Shown here: in pieces, positions 12,608-23,842 of the stretch
How positions within the stretch are numbered: the stretch's first letter is position 1
How the letters are laid out: each line of letters opens with the position of its first letter
DNA from: Tubulanus polymorphus
Lineage: Eukaryota; Animalia; Nemertea
Direction of reading: 5' to 3'
NCBI RefSeq assembly: GCF_964204645.1
Contig: NC_134028.1
Coordinates: 5,766,001-5,830,000 of the forward strand
DNA: 64,000 nt
Position numbers and translations under genes: made by a program
Notes under the pieces: generated by a model
The model's database searches: none
What the model saw: only the letters and a program-made list of their open reading frames with translations
What the model was told of the DNA's origin: nothing

Positions 12608-15600
12608 ATGATGGACAGCAATAATGGCAACACAGCCCCTATTTTCCCATGCGTGGGATACGAACAGGATGGCCCAAAACCTGCCAGCACTTCTAATAAC
12701 TGTCTCTTCCCAGTTTATGCTGATCAAGAAACGAATGACGCAGAGAAAGCTGATAATTTGCATAAAGCAGGTAGATCGTATGAATATTTTTCAGTGATTT
12801 GATGAGTTCTTGAGGAAATTGAGACTTGTTTGATATCGCGATTGGTAATTAAACCTTGCTTTTTGGCATTTTAGATTCAAAATTAGATTGGCTTGAAAAT
12901 TCAAGCTTCAAATCAGAACATGTTGCGGTATTGCATAAACTGTCACAGGCTGATCGAAGCAGTTCATTGGATAAAAATGAAATCGTTGAAATCAGTGATG
13001 AGGAGAGCGAAGGTAAATAAAAGATCATGCAGGTGGTTGAACGGAGTATGGGGACTTTGGGGAATCAGGTCCTGGGTCTTTGAACGAATTGGCCTATTGT
13101 TCTTCAGGGGAGCCACTTACCTGGAAATCAGGGAAATGTCAGTAGGGAAAACTTCCGTTTCCTTCTATATCTTTCGTATTTGATTGTATTAATTGATTGG
13201 ACTCAGATCAGTCGGGGAAAAGTCAGAGAAAAAGCGAGTCAAATAAAAGTGGTCACCCTGTTCTTTTTTTCAAACTAGCAGGAAAATCCTTGAAACGACG
13301 AAATTCTTCTGATGACGACAGCGATGATTACCGTAAACGCAGGTCAAAGCAAAAACATAAAAAGCACAAACATAAAAAGCATAAAAAGAAAGAGAAGAAG
13401 AATGACAAGACCGACCGTGATATTCGGTAAGTTCGAATATCTGAAAAATGCCCGAAATTAATCCTTTAATACTCCTTCAATTTTGAGAAATCGTACCGTA
13501 ACTAGAAATGTTATTTAGTTGGACAGTAAACTATGCCTAAATCAGTACAATTGGGACCAAGGTTTTTGCCTACAAAACCGCTGAATTAATGGTTTACCGA
13601 GATAAACATTACCGATTTAGGAGGAGTCTACTGTAATTGGAATATGAAAATGATGCAGACAATTCCTCGAAATTTGAAATTTTCTCCTTGATAATTCCTC
13701 ATATCCAGGAATAACTGATCACGAACCCTGTTTTATTTTATGGCGTTTTCAAATATTCCAGTCGTGAATCGTCGAAAAATGCGAACGCGCACAATGACGA
13801 AAAACTGAAAGAACTTCCTTCGACGAGCGGAAAAGTTTTCATCGAAGACATGCACGGATTGATCGTGGAACACGCTTATCGAATCGATCGTAAACCGGAC
13901 CGATTGAATCTAACGTACGGGGAACTTTACAAACATCATATCGCGCGTTATCGAAAATTCCGCTACGGCATCCTAGGATACGGCGGCGCACTCGATCAGC
14001 TATTCGATTACTCGAAAAAACGACGCGCGCGACGACTCGAAGCGCCGCGATTTTTCGCCGACGAAGTCGCGCGTCGTCTAAAAAGCGATGAAAATGTAAT
14101 CGATTTATCAGCGGATAAAACTAGGATGGCAAGTGAAAAGGGCGGCAAATTTCATGAGCGTAGCGACGCTGCGGAGGATGTGGCGGAATTGTTTTTACCG
14201 CTTGAAACGAAAATTAATGAGAAGTCATCCGTCGATGAAAAGTCGTCTGCTTCGATGAATCCTTTAGGAGTTTACGATGCAGGGACTGAACTTTACATTC
14301 AGGGGAAACCGTTGAAGCAGCCGCATGCCGAAGAGGAGATTGAAGCGGTTACTGTGGATACCAGTGTCATCGAGGGTTTAAAAGAAACACGCGATCAGTT
14401 CATCCGTCGAAAAACTACCGAATATAACAAGCATTTACGATTGAACGTCGGCGACGTCGCGACGTGGTTAGAATTCGTCGAATTTCAGGACGAACTCGAC
14501 GCCGACAATTATAAAACGATGACGACCGCCGCGACGAAAGACGAACGAAACTCGCGGCGTCGTTTGTCGGCGATTCGCGTCGAGAAGAAAGTCGCAATTA
14601 TCGATCGCGCGATCGAATCGAATCCGGGGAGCGTCGATTTGCGGCTGGCGCGGTTAGAACTGTGCGACGACGTTTGGAATTACGAACAGTTGTCGAAAGA
14701 GTGGGATCGTTTGCTGTTCCATCACGTGAACAGCATTGAAATGTGGCGTAGATACTTGAAATTTACGCAATCGCGAATGCAGACGTTTTCTCTGTCGACG
14801 ATGTTGAAAACGTATCAGAAATGTTTGTCGACGTTAATTCAATTGTACGATGGCAAACTGCGGAGTCATACGTTACCGGTTAATCTAGAGAATCATATTT
14901 TAGGTATGAATGACTGAATTTATTTTCTCACATATATAAATACGAATAATGTCATGATTATTTACATATTTATTGAAATTTACATAATTGATGAGGATAC
15001 CCCGAGCCCTAAGAGCTGTACCTGGAGGAGGATGTACTCCTATCAAGAAATTTACAATAACGCTTATATAGTATAATAATATAGCGATCGTGATTATGAC
15101 AAGAAACAAAAATGATGAGGATTGTTATAAATGAAGAGAAAAAATGGTGATAATAATAAATTATTATTATTATCGTAAGTATCAATCATTTGAATTGCAG
15201 ATATTTTGGTTGAGTTATGTTGGAAGTTGAAACAGGCCGGTCAGTCTGAGAAAGCCGTATCGATCATGCAAGCTATACTCGAATTCAACCTACGGTGTCC
15301 GGCGTCGCTGAGAAACTCCACCGCCGAAGAACGCGCGGCTGTATTTGAAGTTTTCTGGGATAGTTGCGTTCCTCGTATCGGTGAGAATGGGGCAGTCGGC
15401 TGGTCGGCGTGGATGGCTGATAAACTACAACAGTTTCCGGCCCCTACGACTTCTGCGGGTAAATATGATGCATTATGTGAAGGTTTTTGTGACAAAAAAG
15501 TTCAGGGAATAATCAGGGAAATTTTGAGATCACTAGATCGCGTGTAAAATCAAACAGATTCCATATTGGGCATACAGATTGTCTCTTGTAGTTGACTGTG

Positions 15601-18600
15601 TTTATTCATTGGATTCTTAGCAGGTCAAGTCAGGGGAACCAACGTGCATATCAGGGAATAGTCGGGGAATGTCAAGGGAAAAGCAAGTCAAATATAAGTG
15701 GCCACCCTGATTATACATGTCATGCTTATCTGGTTTCAAATTGGTTCAGGTATTTTCTTGACAGTTCTTAGTTTATTCTTCACACCTTTGGCATTCGATC
15801 TATTCATACTTTAAAGGTTACAGAATATATTTCCCGGCCTATATTGATAAAAACATAGCAACCGAATAATCATGTTTTAACGTGCGCAGTTCAAATCATT
15901 TCACATTTCAAATGTACAGTCACGAATATTTGCTTTCGGTTATTATTATCTACATCGATTTCGAATGCAATTTTTCATGACCTGACTTCATGACAAAATA
16001 GGAATTCCAATATAAAAGTAACGTAGTTTATTCAAAGGCGTTTGACACTTAACAAGCCATGATCACCAAACAGCATCGGTTTCTATAATGACTTAACGCA
16101 CCTTGACGTCATCATTTTATCTGCGAGTTTGGCTGTTGACTAAAACTCTCATAAATGTAGTTACTCAAGTGTCCCTTATCTAGAAAAAAATCACCTTGAA
16201 TGTTGACTTTATGGTCTATGTATATCTTTCTGTATGCTATAAGACTTATCTAATTGGGTAACGTTGTCATTCGCAGTTAAAATTGTGTGACATTTTTTTT
16301 TAAATCATAATGGTCTAAATGTCTAGCTGAACGAAGATTGTATTCAATTGTGCTCGCTTAAAATATCTTCGTCGTAATTCGTAATAGATTCATTGGATCT
16401 GAGAGTAGCTGAAATTCTGTCAAATTAATTATCCAGCCTAAGTTTGAATTTCATAACCTGTTGGTGGATCTGATTGGCTACGATTCTTGGGATTATCGAT
16501 CTTATCAAGACTGGGTAACCTCCGAATGGTCATAATTGTTTAATGGCGCTAAGTGAAGATGCAAATACTGAGCCACTAAATCACTCGACTAATCGTACAT
16601 CAGAATCCGTGAATAATGACGATGCGTCGAAAAAGATCATCCAGGCCAGTCTGCTAATCGTACTGTTCTTTCTGATCGTTTTCGGAAATTCTCTCACGAT
16701 CGCCGCTATCATCAAATTCCAAAATCTACGCACAAAAACGAACGTGTTCATTTTGAATGTCGCCGTCGCCGATCTCTGCGTCGGATTGACGTTGATTTAT
16801 CACGTCGTGTTTTTCTTCAAGCCGCGCTGGTCGGAGGATAAATATCTCTGTCTGACGCGGTACGTTTCGATTTTGATATTTTTCTCGGCGTCGTTGCTGT
16901 TTTTGACCGTGATCGCCGTCGATAGGTATGTCGCGTTGACCCGCCCGCTCGAGTACGTGCTGATGTTGACCAAGAAAAAGGTCAAAATCATCGTCGGCTT
17001 AATCTGGTTCTGGTCTCTAGTGCTCGGTGTCATTCCATACTACTGGAATGAGTGGGAACTGGAAGAAGAACTGGAATGTCGTTCGCAAGATGTCCTCCCG
17101 TTAGCATTTATATACTTGTTATTCACGCTGGTGCTGATTTGCGCGGCGATTATCTCTGTGATTTACGCGCGAATTTTCCATCGAATTCACTTGCAAGAAA
17201 TTCGCGTGCAGCCGATTCAGGCGTATCGGCGACGCACGTTCTCGCTGATGAGTCAACAACGACCGCGCGCGATGTCATTTTCGAACCGTGAATTCAAAAC
17301 GACGAAAATGCTCGGTCTGATTCTCGGCTGTTTTCTCGTCTGTTGGATTACGTTCGCCGTTTCGAATCTGGTCGCCGTCTACGACAAGAGGGAGTCGGCC
17401 CATTGGGCGACTTTGTTCGGCACGGTTCTTGGCATCGCGAATTCGTCATTGAATCCGATGATTTATTGTTGGAAGAACAGCTCGTTTCGTAAAGCGTTTA
17501 AAGATCTGCTCTGCGGTAAACACGTCAAGTAAGACATGATTGGGTTTAAACCGAGAAGAGCAAATCGAAAACTGTACATTGTTATATGTAGCTGGATTCA
17601 GGTCCACAGTTGTGGGTTAAACTCTCTGCAATTAACCCCTTCAGTGCATGTACACCATAGTACGGTGTATAAATCATTGATAGACTTCGTTTGTATACCG
17701 CATTACGGATGATGCAGTGTATTGATATGGTAGCTAATTGTATTTAATCTGTATTGAATGATGGCGGCACCTTTCCAACGTTGGGAAATGTTTGTTAATA
17801 ACGACACACTGCACTGCAGTGTAAACACTATACAACGCACTGGGATGGAACTTTTCAAAATATTTGAACTTTTCTAATTTTTCAAACTCTCCACCACAAC
17901 AGTATTGATTAGTTGGCACTGAAAGGGTTGAAAATAAACTTATTTTGACTGTGGGACACAATCCTTGTTTTGATCGTGAGATTTCTGACATAAATTTGTA
18001 ATTGATATTTTTCTCTACTTTCAGTGGAAGATGACATGGATGAGATAGCCGAACACGGTGGAGTTGATCTGGCCAATCTGTGGTTGAAAGTGGAAACCGC
18101 TCGCGAAAATCACGCCTGGTTTCCGTGGAGGCCTAATATATTACTGGGCGAAGGACAGGACGATTGCGAAGATCCTGACCGTGTAGTGCTATTCGACGAT
18201 ATCGCCGCCTTTCTTATAACGTTTCCGAAAACTTTGCATTTAAATATCGTGTCCTCATTTCTGGAACTATTAGGATTCAGCGATCGCAATGAAGTGACTT
18301 CTCCCTCGTCGAAATGTGAGAATTTTCTGCAACATTTCGAAAGAACGCTTGAAAAGCCGAATCATATAATCAATAGTGGAAATTTAGACATTCGTTTGGC
18401 TGATTTTCCAATGAGCGAGCCCGTTTTCAATCACGAGTTCATGAAAAATGTGTTCGAATTTGCATTGAAATCATCATTAGCCCCTTGCGATCAGTACTGT
18501 TTAACACGTATGCTACTTCGATACAATGTAGTGTATTTAGGTCGATGCCAACGGGACCGGTCCGGCGATCAAAAACATCTAAAATTATTGAGAAAAGACA

Positions 18601-20909
18601 CGAAAAAGCTAATCAAATCGGTTCTAAGTGAAAACAGAAATGATTTAGATTTATGGACGTTTTATGCTCAATTCGAATGGTACATTGGAAGTGTAACCGA
18701 AAGTACGAAGGTTTTCGACACAGCCATAAGCATGAATTGTCCGACATGGTCTGAATCTCTGGTAGAAGCCGATAAGAAATCTGTCTGTCACATTTACCGC
18801 ATATACTGCGATTGTTTGCTCGGTTTAAATCGATTCAGTCTCTCCGGTAGAGATTACTTAAAACAGCCGATAGAATTCATGACGAAGGAACCTCTACGTG
18901 AAGATCTACGCGATCGAGTAGTTTATCTATCGGCTTGTTTAAGCGGTTCTTGCGACTTTGTCAATCCGTCGGTTTCGCAGCGCTGCGTCGGTCCGGCGAT
19001 ATTGAAAACTCGTAAGGCTTACGCGCAAACTCTAGAAAAAGCTTTCGAAAATTTCGAAGATAGAATGACGTCGATGTATTCTCGTACTGTCGATGACTTC
19101 AAGCAAAGCGCTGAAATAGTTCTCGATTTGAGTTATTGTTACGCGTTATTTCAATACTTCACCGTCGGCGTCCATGCCCTGCGGATCGCGTTCGAGTCTG
19201 GTTTCGATCGTTTGAAAGCGTTGAAATCCGAGAAGATTGCCGACGATGACACGAACTCGATATTTCATCGAACTCAGGAATCTTTATATATTCGTTATAT
19301 CCGTTTGCTACAATGTCATATGAAATGGACGGTTTGCTCGCTGTCCGTATTGAGAACTGGTGTTCGCCAGGCGCTCGAAGAGTTTCCCGACAATCCGACG
19401 TTGCTGCAGTGTCTCGTAACGATCGATTGTTCGGGACATCTGGTCAGCGGTTTACGGCGATATTTCGATGAACACGCCCGTCACAGTCGCAGCGTGTTTC
19501 ACTGGTTTTACAGAATCTATACCGAACTGCAAAGATTACATGACACTGAATCTGAAGCTACTATGGGTAAGTGAGGTATCAGCTATATTGACAATGCAAT
19601 GGTAGATCGGGACTACAGAAATACTTTCAGTTATCTCCGATAAGTCAAAAAGTTTTGTCAGTTTTTTGAAATTTCCATCAGTTCTGCCGATGCTGAACTT
19701 AGATTTTCGAAGATTTTCCATTAGACAACCAAGTTTTCATTTAAGCCCGATATAGGCCTACTCTTTTAAGCACAGACCACACACATGCAATAAATCTTTG
19801 ACTACTTCTTTGGTTACTTCTTCCAGGAACAGGAACAGTTCATCGAATTGGTGCTTTATTTCAAAGAGCGACTGATAGTAATACTGGCCGATATTGCTTA
19901 TTACTGTGGCGAATGTACATGGCGTTTCAGGTTTGTACTGAAGCAGTTTTTCCCTCTGAATTCTATAGTTTCCCAAAACTTCCCTTATGTAGGTTAAGTA
20001 TTTTTCTATTGGCAGGTGAAACATGGACAGAACAACGAAGCTAAAGGTGTATTCTACAAAGCTTTGCAGAATTGTCCCTGGGCGAAGGTAAGCCTATATT
20101 GATCCTATGTAGTGGGATTTCTTCATCTTGCTTTACGTCGTTCAGATCTTGGCTTCTCAAGACTAACCCTATTGGATTATTTACTTAACCTCAGGACGGG
20201 ATGGCCTTTTGGTGCCTGCTTGTCTCTCAGCACTGATAGTGAATGCAACAGCACCATGCCTTATCCCACTGAGTGAGGCTGAAAAATTATTCAATCTTTT
20301 AAAATTCCCTTTCAGGTTCTGTATCTCGATGCTGTAAGTTATTTTCCTGATGATCTACAAGATGTGGTTGATTTGATAGTCGAGAAGGAATTGCGTTTAC
20401 GAGCATTACCGGAAGAACTGGAAATACTAACTGAAAAACCTGTGCACCAAACTGATAGTGAAAACCTGACATCAGTTCCTGAGAATATGGAGGCCTCGCT
20501 CCATCCGACATCTGTATCTGAGGATCTGGAGACAGTGGTCCATCCCACATTTGTGTCTGAGGATCTGGAGACTGTGGTCCATCAGACATCTGTTTCTGAG
20601 GATAAGGAGACTGTGGTCCATCTGACATCAATGACTAGGCCTAATGATCAATCCGATGTGGTCCATCCGATTTCATTGACTAAGGATCAGGAGACTGTGG
20701 TGCATCCAACATTAGTGTCTGAGGATCAGGAGAATGTGGTCCATAAGACATCAGTGTCTAATAATCAGGAGAATGTGGTCCATCAGACAGCAATGTCTGA
20801 TAATCAGGAGAACGTGGTCCATCAGACAGCAATGTCTGATAATCAGGAGAACGTGGTCCATCAGACAGCAATGCCTGATAATCAGGAGATTGTAAGCAAT
20901 GTCTTATAA
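12608..20909 (+). CDS. NRDE2: Nuclear exosome regulator / nuclear RNAi factor NRDE2, 9 coding exons
   Basis: Exons 12608-12770, 12875-13012, 13282-13426, 13762-14903, 15201-15458, 18025-19566, 19827-19930, 20016-20087, 20316-20909. Motifs: LFP.YA..LDWLENSSF, Lys/His-rich patch, DRKPD..NL.Y, WLEFVEFQD, FWDS..PRIGE.GA.GW, EDPDRVVLFDDI, LLWRMY, KGVFYKALQNCPWAKVLYLDAV, EKELRLR. Confidence 0.95.
13105..13260. mobile_element. Short hAT-like MITE in NRDE2 intron 2
   Basis: CAGGGGAGCCACT ... AGTGGTCACCCTG termini, internal TCAGGGAA motifs, TTCTT on both flanks. Confidence 0.65.
13524..13633. mobile_element. Tc1/mariner (pogo/Tigger-like) MITE
   Basis: CAGTAAACT..CCTAAATC ... GATTTAGG..AGTCTACTG termini, followed by TA. 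Confidence 0.55.
16543..17532 (+). CDS. Intronless class A (rhodopsin-like) orphan GPCR nested in NRDE2 intron 5
   Basis: 329-aa ORF with seven hydrophobic helices, N-terminal N-glycosylation sequons, TM1 GN, TM2 VAVADL, TM3 Cys and DRY, TM4 W, ECL2 Cys, TM6 CWITF, TM7 NPMIY and helix 8 FRKAF..LLC. Confidence 0.93.
   Translation: MALSEDANTEPLNHSTNRTSESVNNDDASKKIIQASLLIVLFFLIVFGNSLTIAAIIKFQNLRTKTNVFILNVAVADLCVGLTLIYHVVFFFKPRWSEDKYLCLTRYVSILIFFSASLLFLTVIAVDRYVALTRPLEYVLMLTKKKVKIIVGLIWFWSLVLGVIPYYWNEWELEEELECRSQDVLPLAFIYLLFTLVLICAAIISVIYARIFHRIHLQEIRVQPIQAYRRRTFSLMSQQRPRAMSFSNREFKTTKMLGLILGCFLVCWITFAVSNLVAVYDKRESAHWATLFGTVLGIANSSLNPMIYCWKNSSFRKAFKDLLCGKHVK
17632..17931. mobile_element. piggyBac-like MITE
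   Basis: TTAA-CCCCTTCAGTGC ... GCACTGAAAGGG-TTGA. A related copy lies at 41039-41274 (TTAACCCTTTCAGTGC ... ACTGCAAGGGCTAA). Confidence 0.7.
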
Positions 20910-20940
20910 TCAGGAGATTGTAGTCAATCAGACTTCCGTA
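20478..20940 (+). repeat. 39-bp coding tandem repeat (13 aa) in the last NRDE2 exon
   Basis: About 11 units of S[ED][DN]QE[TN]VVH[QP]T[SA][VM]. The DNA repeat continues past the stop codon. Confidence 0.9.
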
Positions 20941-21076
20941 TAGAGAAACACCTAATTTCATTAAAAAGTGAATTTTGTTGATGAAAGCCAGTGATAAGTA
21001 AATAAATTATTTATTTTTTCAACTAAGATTTTATTTGTTACAATGTTTCGGTTTTAAGTAACAAGGAAAAAAGGAA

Positions 21077-21219
21077 CAATTCTTTGAGTTTATCGAGAAC
21101 AAGACAAGTAGTGAGTAACCGGTCTATGGTTTAGTTTCACGTTCTGACAATTCTTTGAGTTTATCGAGAACAAGGACAAGTAGTGAGTAACCGGATATGG
21201 TTTAGTTTCACGTTCTGAT
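21077..21219. repeat. ~70-bp direct tandem duplication
   Basis: ACAATTCTTTGAGTTTATCGAGAACAAG...GTTTCACGTTCTGA occurs twice head to tail. Confidence 0.9.
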
Positions 21220-21568
21220 ATTTTCACAAATCACGTATTGGTTGGTATAAGCCCATCCGATTATATAAAGCTTACCACTTACGATTAGGTAACAAACTAA
21301 GAGAACAAAAGAACCCTTTAGGTTGGAATGGTTATTTTTGTTTTACATCTATTTTATACTTCTATTTTATTTGTGACAATATTCATTTCGTTTTTATGTT
21401 ATAAGGAAAAGAGAAAAGTGGGATGGAAGTGCTGAAATATTGTGGGATTCGAACCCAATCTGACGTGTTTATGTATTTCACCGCCAGGTGGAAACTGTGA
21501 AATCGTACGATGGAGAACACGCGTTGACGATGTTTTGGTGTTGTTTTCTGTCAAAAAAATAATGAAAC

Positions 21569-23842
21569 ATGGCTTATAATCGGGCGGTTTGTCGCTGTAC
21601 ATGGGAATACTACGTGTGGTTGCCGCGGACCTGGTCAATTCTAACTGCTACAGGTATGTTGTTGACCAGACCAGTGTCAACCGGTGTTTTTGACATGTCG
21701 ACAGTCGCACTAAATACCGAAACAAAACTGCATTTTTGTACAGATACTATGGATTTTTTTCTCTCCAGGATTATGGGGCGTAGGATGTGAGATTTTGACC
21801 CGCCGTCATCCTCTAGGGGCTTATATTTTGTAAGTGTGACCACTGTTAGAGTAGTTGGAGTTTGTCTTTTTTACTGCTTGTCTCTAGTCTATGACTATTA
21901 AGCAATTTAATTGAATGGATAATAATTACTGAGTGTGACTATGTTATTGTGGTGGCACCTTAGTCGGTAGAACATACACGTTTATCCATAAATATTGTCG
22001 AATTTTTGTTTGATATTTGTTGTATATATTTTTGCAGAGTAGTTGCAATTTTGATGTCATTCCTTGAAGTAGTTTTCGCTGTTAATATTTGTATAGTTCT
22101 ATGTATGAGGTGAGTAGGTTTCAGGCTATCCATTTATTGAAGAATAAAAAAATGTGAGATAATTTTGAAATTGCAACTCATAAACTATGAGCCATTTTCA
22201 AAAGGTTCTTGAAAATTGCGCACAGCATTTGAGTTGAAAGGTTGAAATCCTCTTAAAAGTATTTCTCTGATTATGGTTTTTATTTCCTCAACTGAATTAG
22301 ACAGAAGTTTATGCATTTATTATGCCTACACAACCTTCAATTTCTATCTCCTCTTCTCTCCCTAATAATATGCATGCGTGTTTGACTATCCATTTCATAC
22401 AACAATGGAATTAATTTTGTGGCTATGCCTGTTAAGACAGTTTGATAAATTTGTTTGTGACAAAATTCACCATTGGAAGCTCATTTAATCAGTATTTAAT
22501 ATGATATGTCGGACTGCTTTTAGCTGCGATCAGTTCCAAAACAATAAAGTCATATCAGGATTACCTACCATCATAATCCTAGTGACTACACAGTTGATTA
22601 TGCTGGACCAAATTAATCTTTTTCGCTAAGTAGATTGCCGTATTAATTCATTACAGTCAAACCCCGATAAACCGCCCTCCCATATACCGCCACCCTCGCC
22701 TACCCCCAGGTTTTCTCAATGTACATCTCTATACAAATTCATAGTAAAACACCCCCAAATGTACCGCCAAAATCGTTCTGCACCGATTTGGGCGGTATAT
22801 GTAGGGGGTTGACTGTATTAAGCAACAATTCAGGACTTCCTTTTAAGTAAGACTGTTATGTAAGAGCTTCTATACTGGTATTTGATAACTTACTTATTGA
22901 GCAATTATGTTTTTGACTTTCAGAGATGAAAATCCTCAGTTTATCTCATTTTGGAAAAATGTACTATGGATTGATGACTGGAGGAAAGGATTTTTGTACT
23001 TAGTTTTGTCGGTCGGTTGTTTTACTCAGCCACACATAGAGTGGTTGGCTGTCGTGTCGGGTAAGTTTCACCTATTGTAATTTTCGTCAACGAAACTCCG
23101 ACCCACAGTCGTGTGGACACAGTTGAGTCCTATCGTATTTGTCATATATATTCATTGCAGGCGTTATGATGGTTATTTCGGGAATTTTATACTCGGTGAA
23201 AACTTACAAAACTCGCCTCGATGAAAAAATGCAGCAATTATTGAGACAAGATAATACATACGACCGGTAAGCTGGGAACTTTTTCTCATCCTAACTTAAT
23301 AACGTAGAAAACATAGGCAAAGGATTCCGGTGCCTTGCATTGATATCTCAAATAATTCCATGTAATATTTTTGTAAAAAATACATTTGAAAAATAGGTAC
23401 GTATCAAAAACGGGTTCGCCACTTTCCTGGCAATCAAGTCAGGGAATTTTATTTTCTTTAAAAAAGTCGGGGAATTTGGTAAAAATCTGGGAAATTTATT
23501 GTGAGATAGCTGTGGTTTGATGGCACGTATCATACAGTCTTCCTCTATGTTTTATGTAATTTGGCTGCGTTAAGTGATTGAATCCTTAAGCAGGGCAAGT
23601 CAGGGAAAAACAACTTAAAATGAGGTTAACTAATAGTAAGTTCTCAACTTTGTCTTTTTAGGTTCGACGAATTATCGGTCGATTTGAACGATCAAGATTT
23701 CCAACGTAGCAACATAATCATAAACAATTCGGTACTCGTGCACGACATAATGCAGGGGCATATTTCGGTTCCGTCTGACGATGACGACTCGTTTACTGAC
23801 TCGGTCGGTATTGCCGAACAAGACGAGATATTAGAAGTATAG
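21569..23842 (+). CDS. TMEM72: TMEM72-like multi-pass membrane protein, 6 exons
   Basis: Phase-consistent exons 21569-21653, 21769-21829, 22038-22109, 22924-23060, 23161-23266, 23662-23842. Translation RTWSILTATGLWGVGCE..LGAYILVVAILMSFLE..WIDDWRKGFLYLVLSVGCFTQPHIEWLAVVSGVMMVISGILY parallels TMEM72 (RLLGITTAAVLIGVG..FLAYLLLSVACFLHP..GSMLIITGLAY). Confidence 0.8.
22654..22815. mobile_element. Tc1/mariner (Tigger-like) MITE with TA target-site duplication
   Basis: TA-CAGTCAAACCCC ... GGGGGTTGACTG-TA, with internal ACCGCC repeats. Confidence 0.8.

Noticed and set aside
20299-20961. Minus-strand repetitive ORFs (SDGPQSPDPQ...)
   Set aside because: Antisense shadow of the 39-bp NRDE2 repeat.
21399-22135. 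Thr-rich mucin-like pseudogene on the minus strand
   Set aside because: Antisense of the hydrophobic TMEM72-like exons and their introns.
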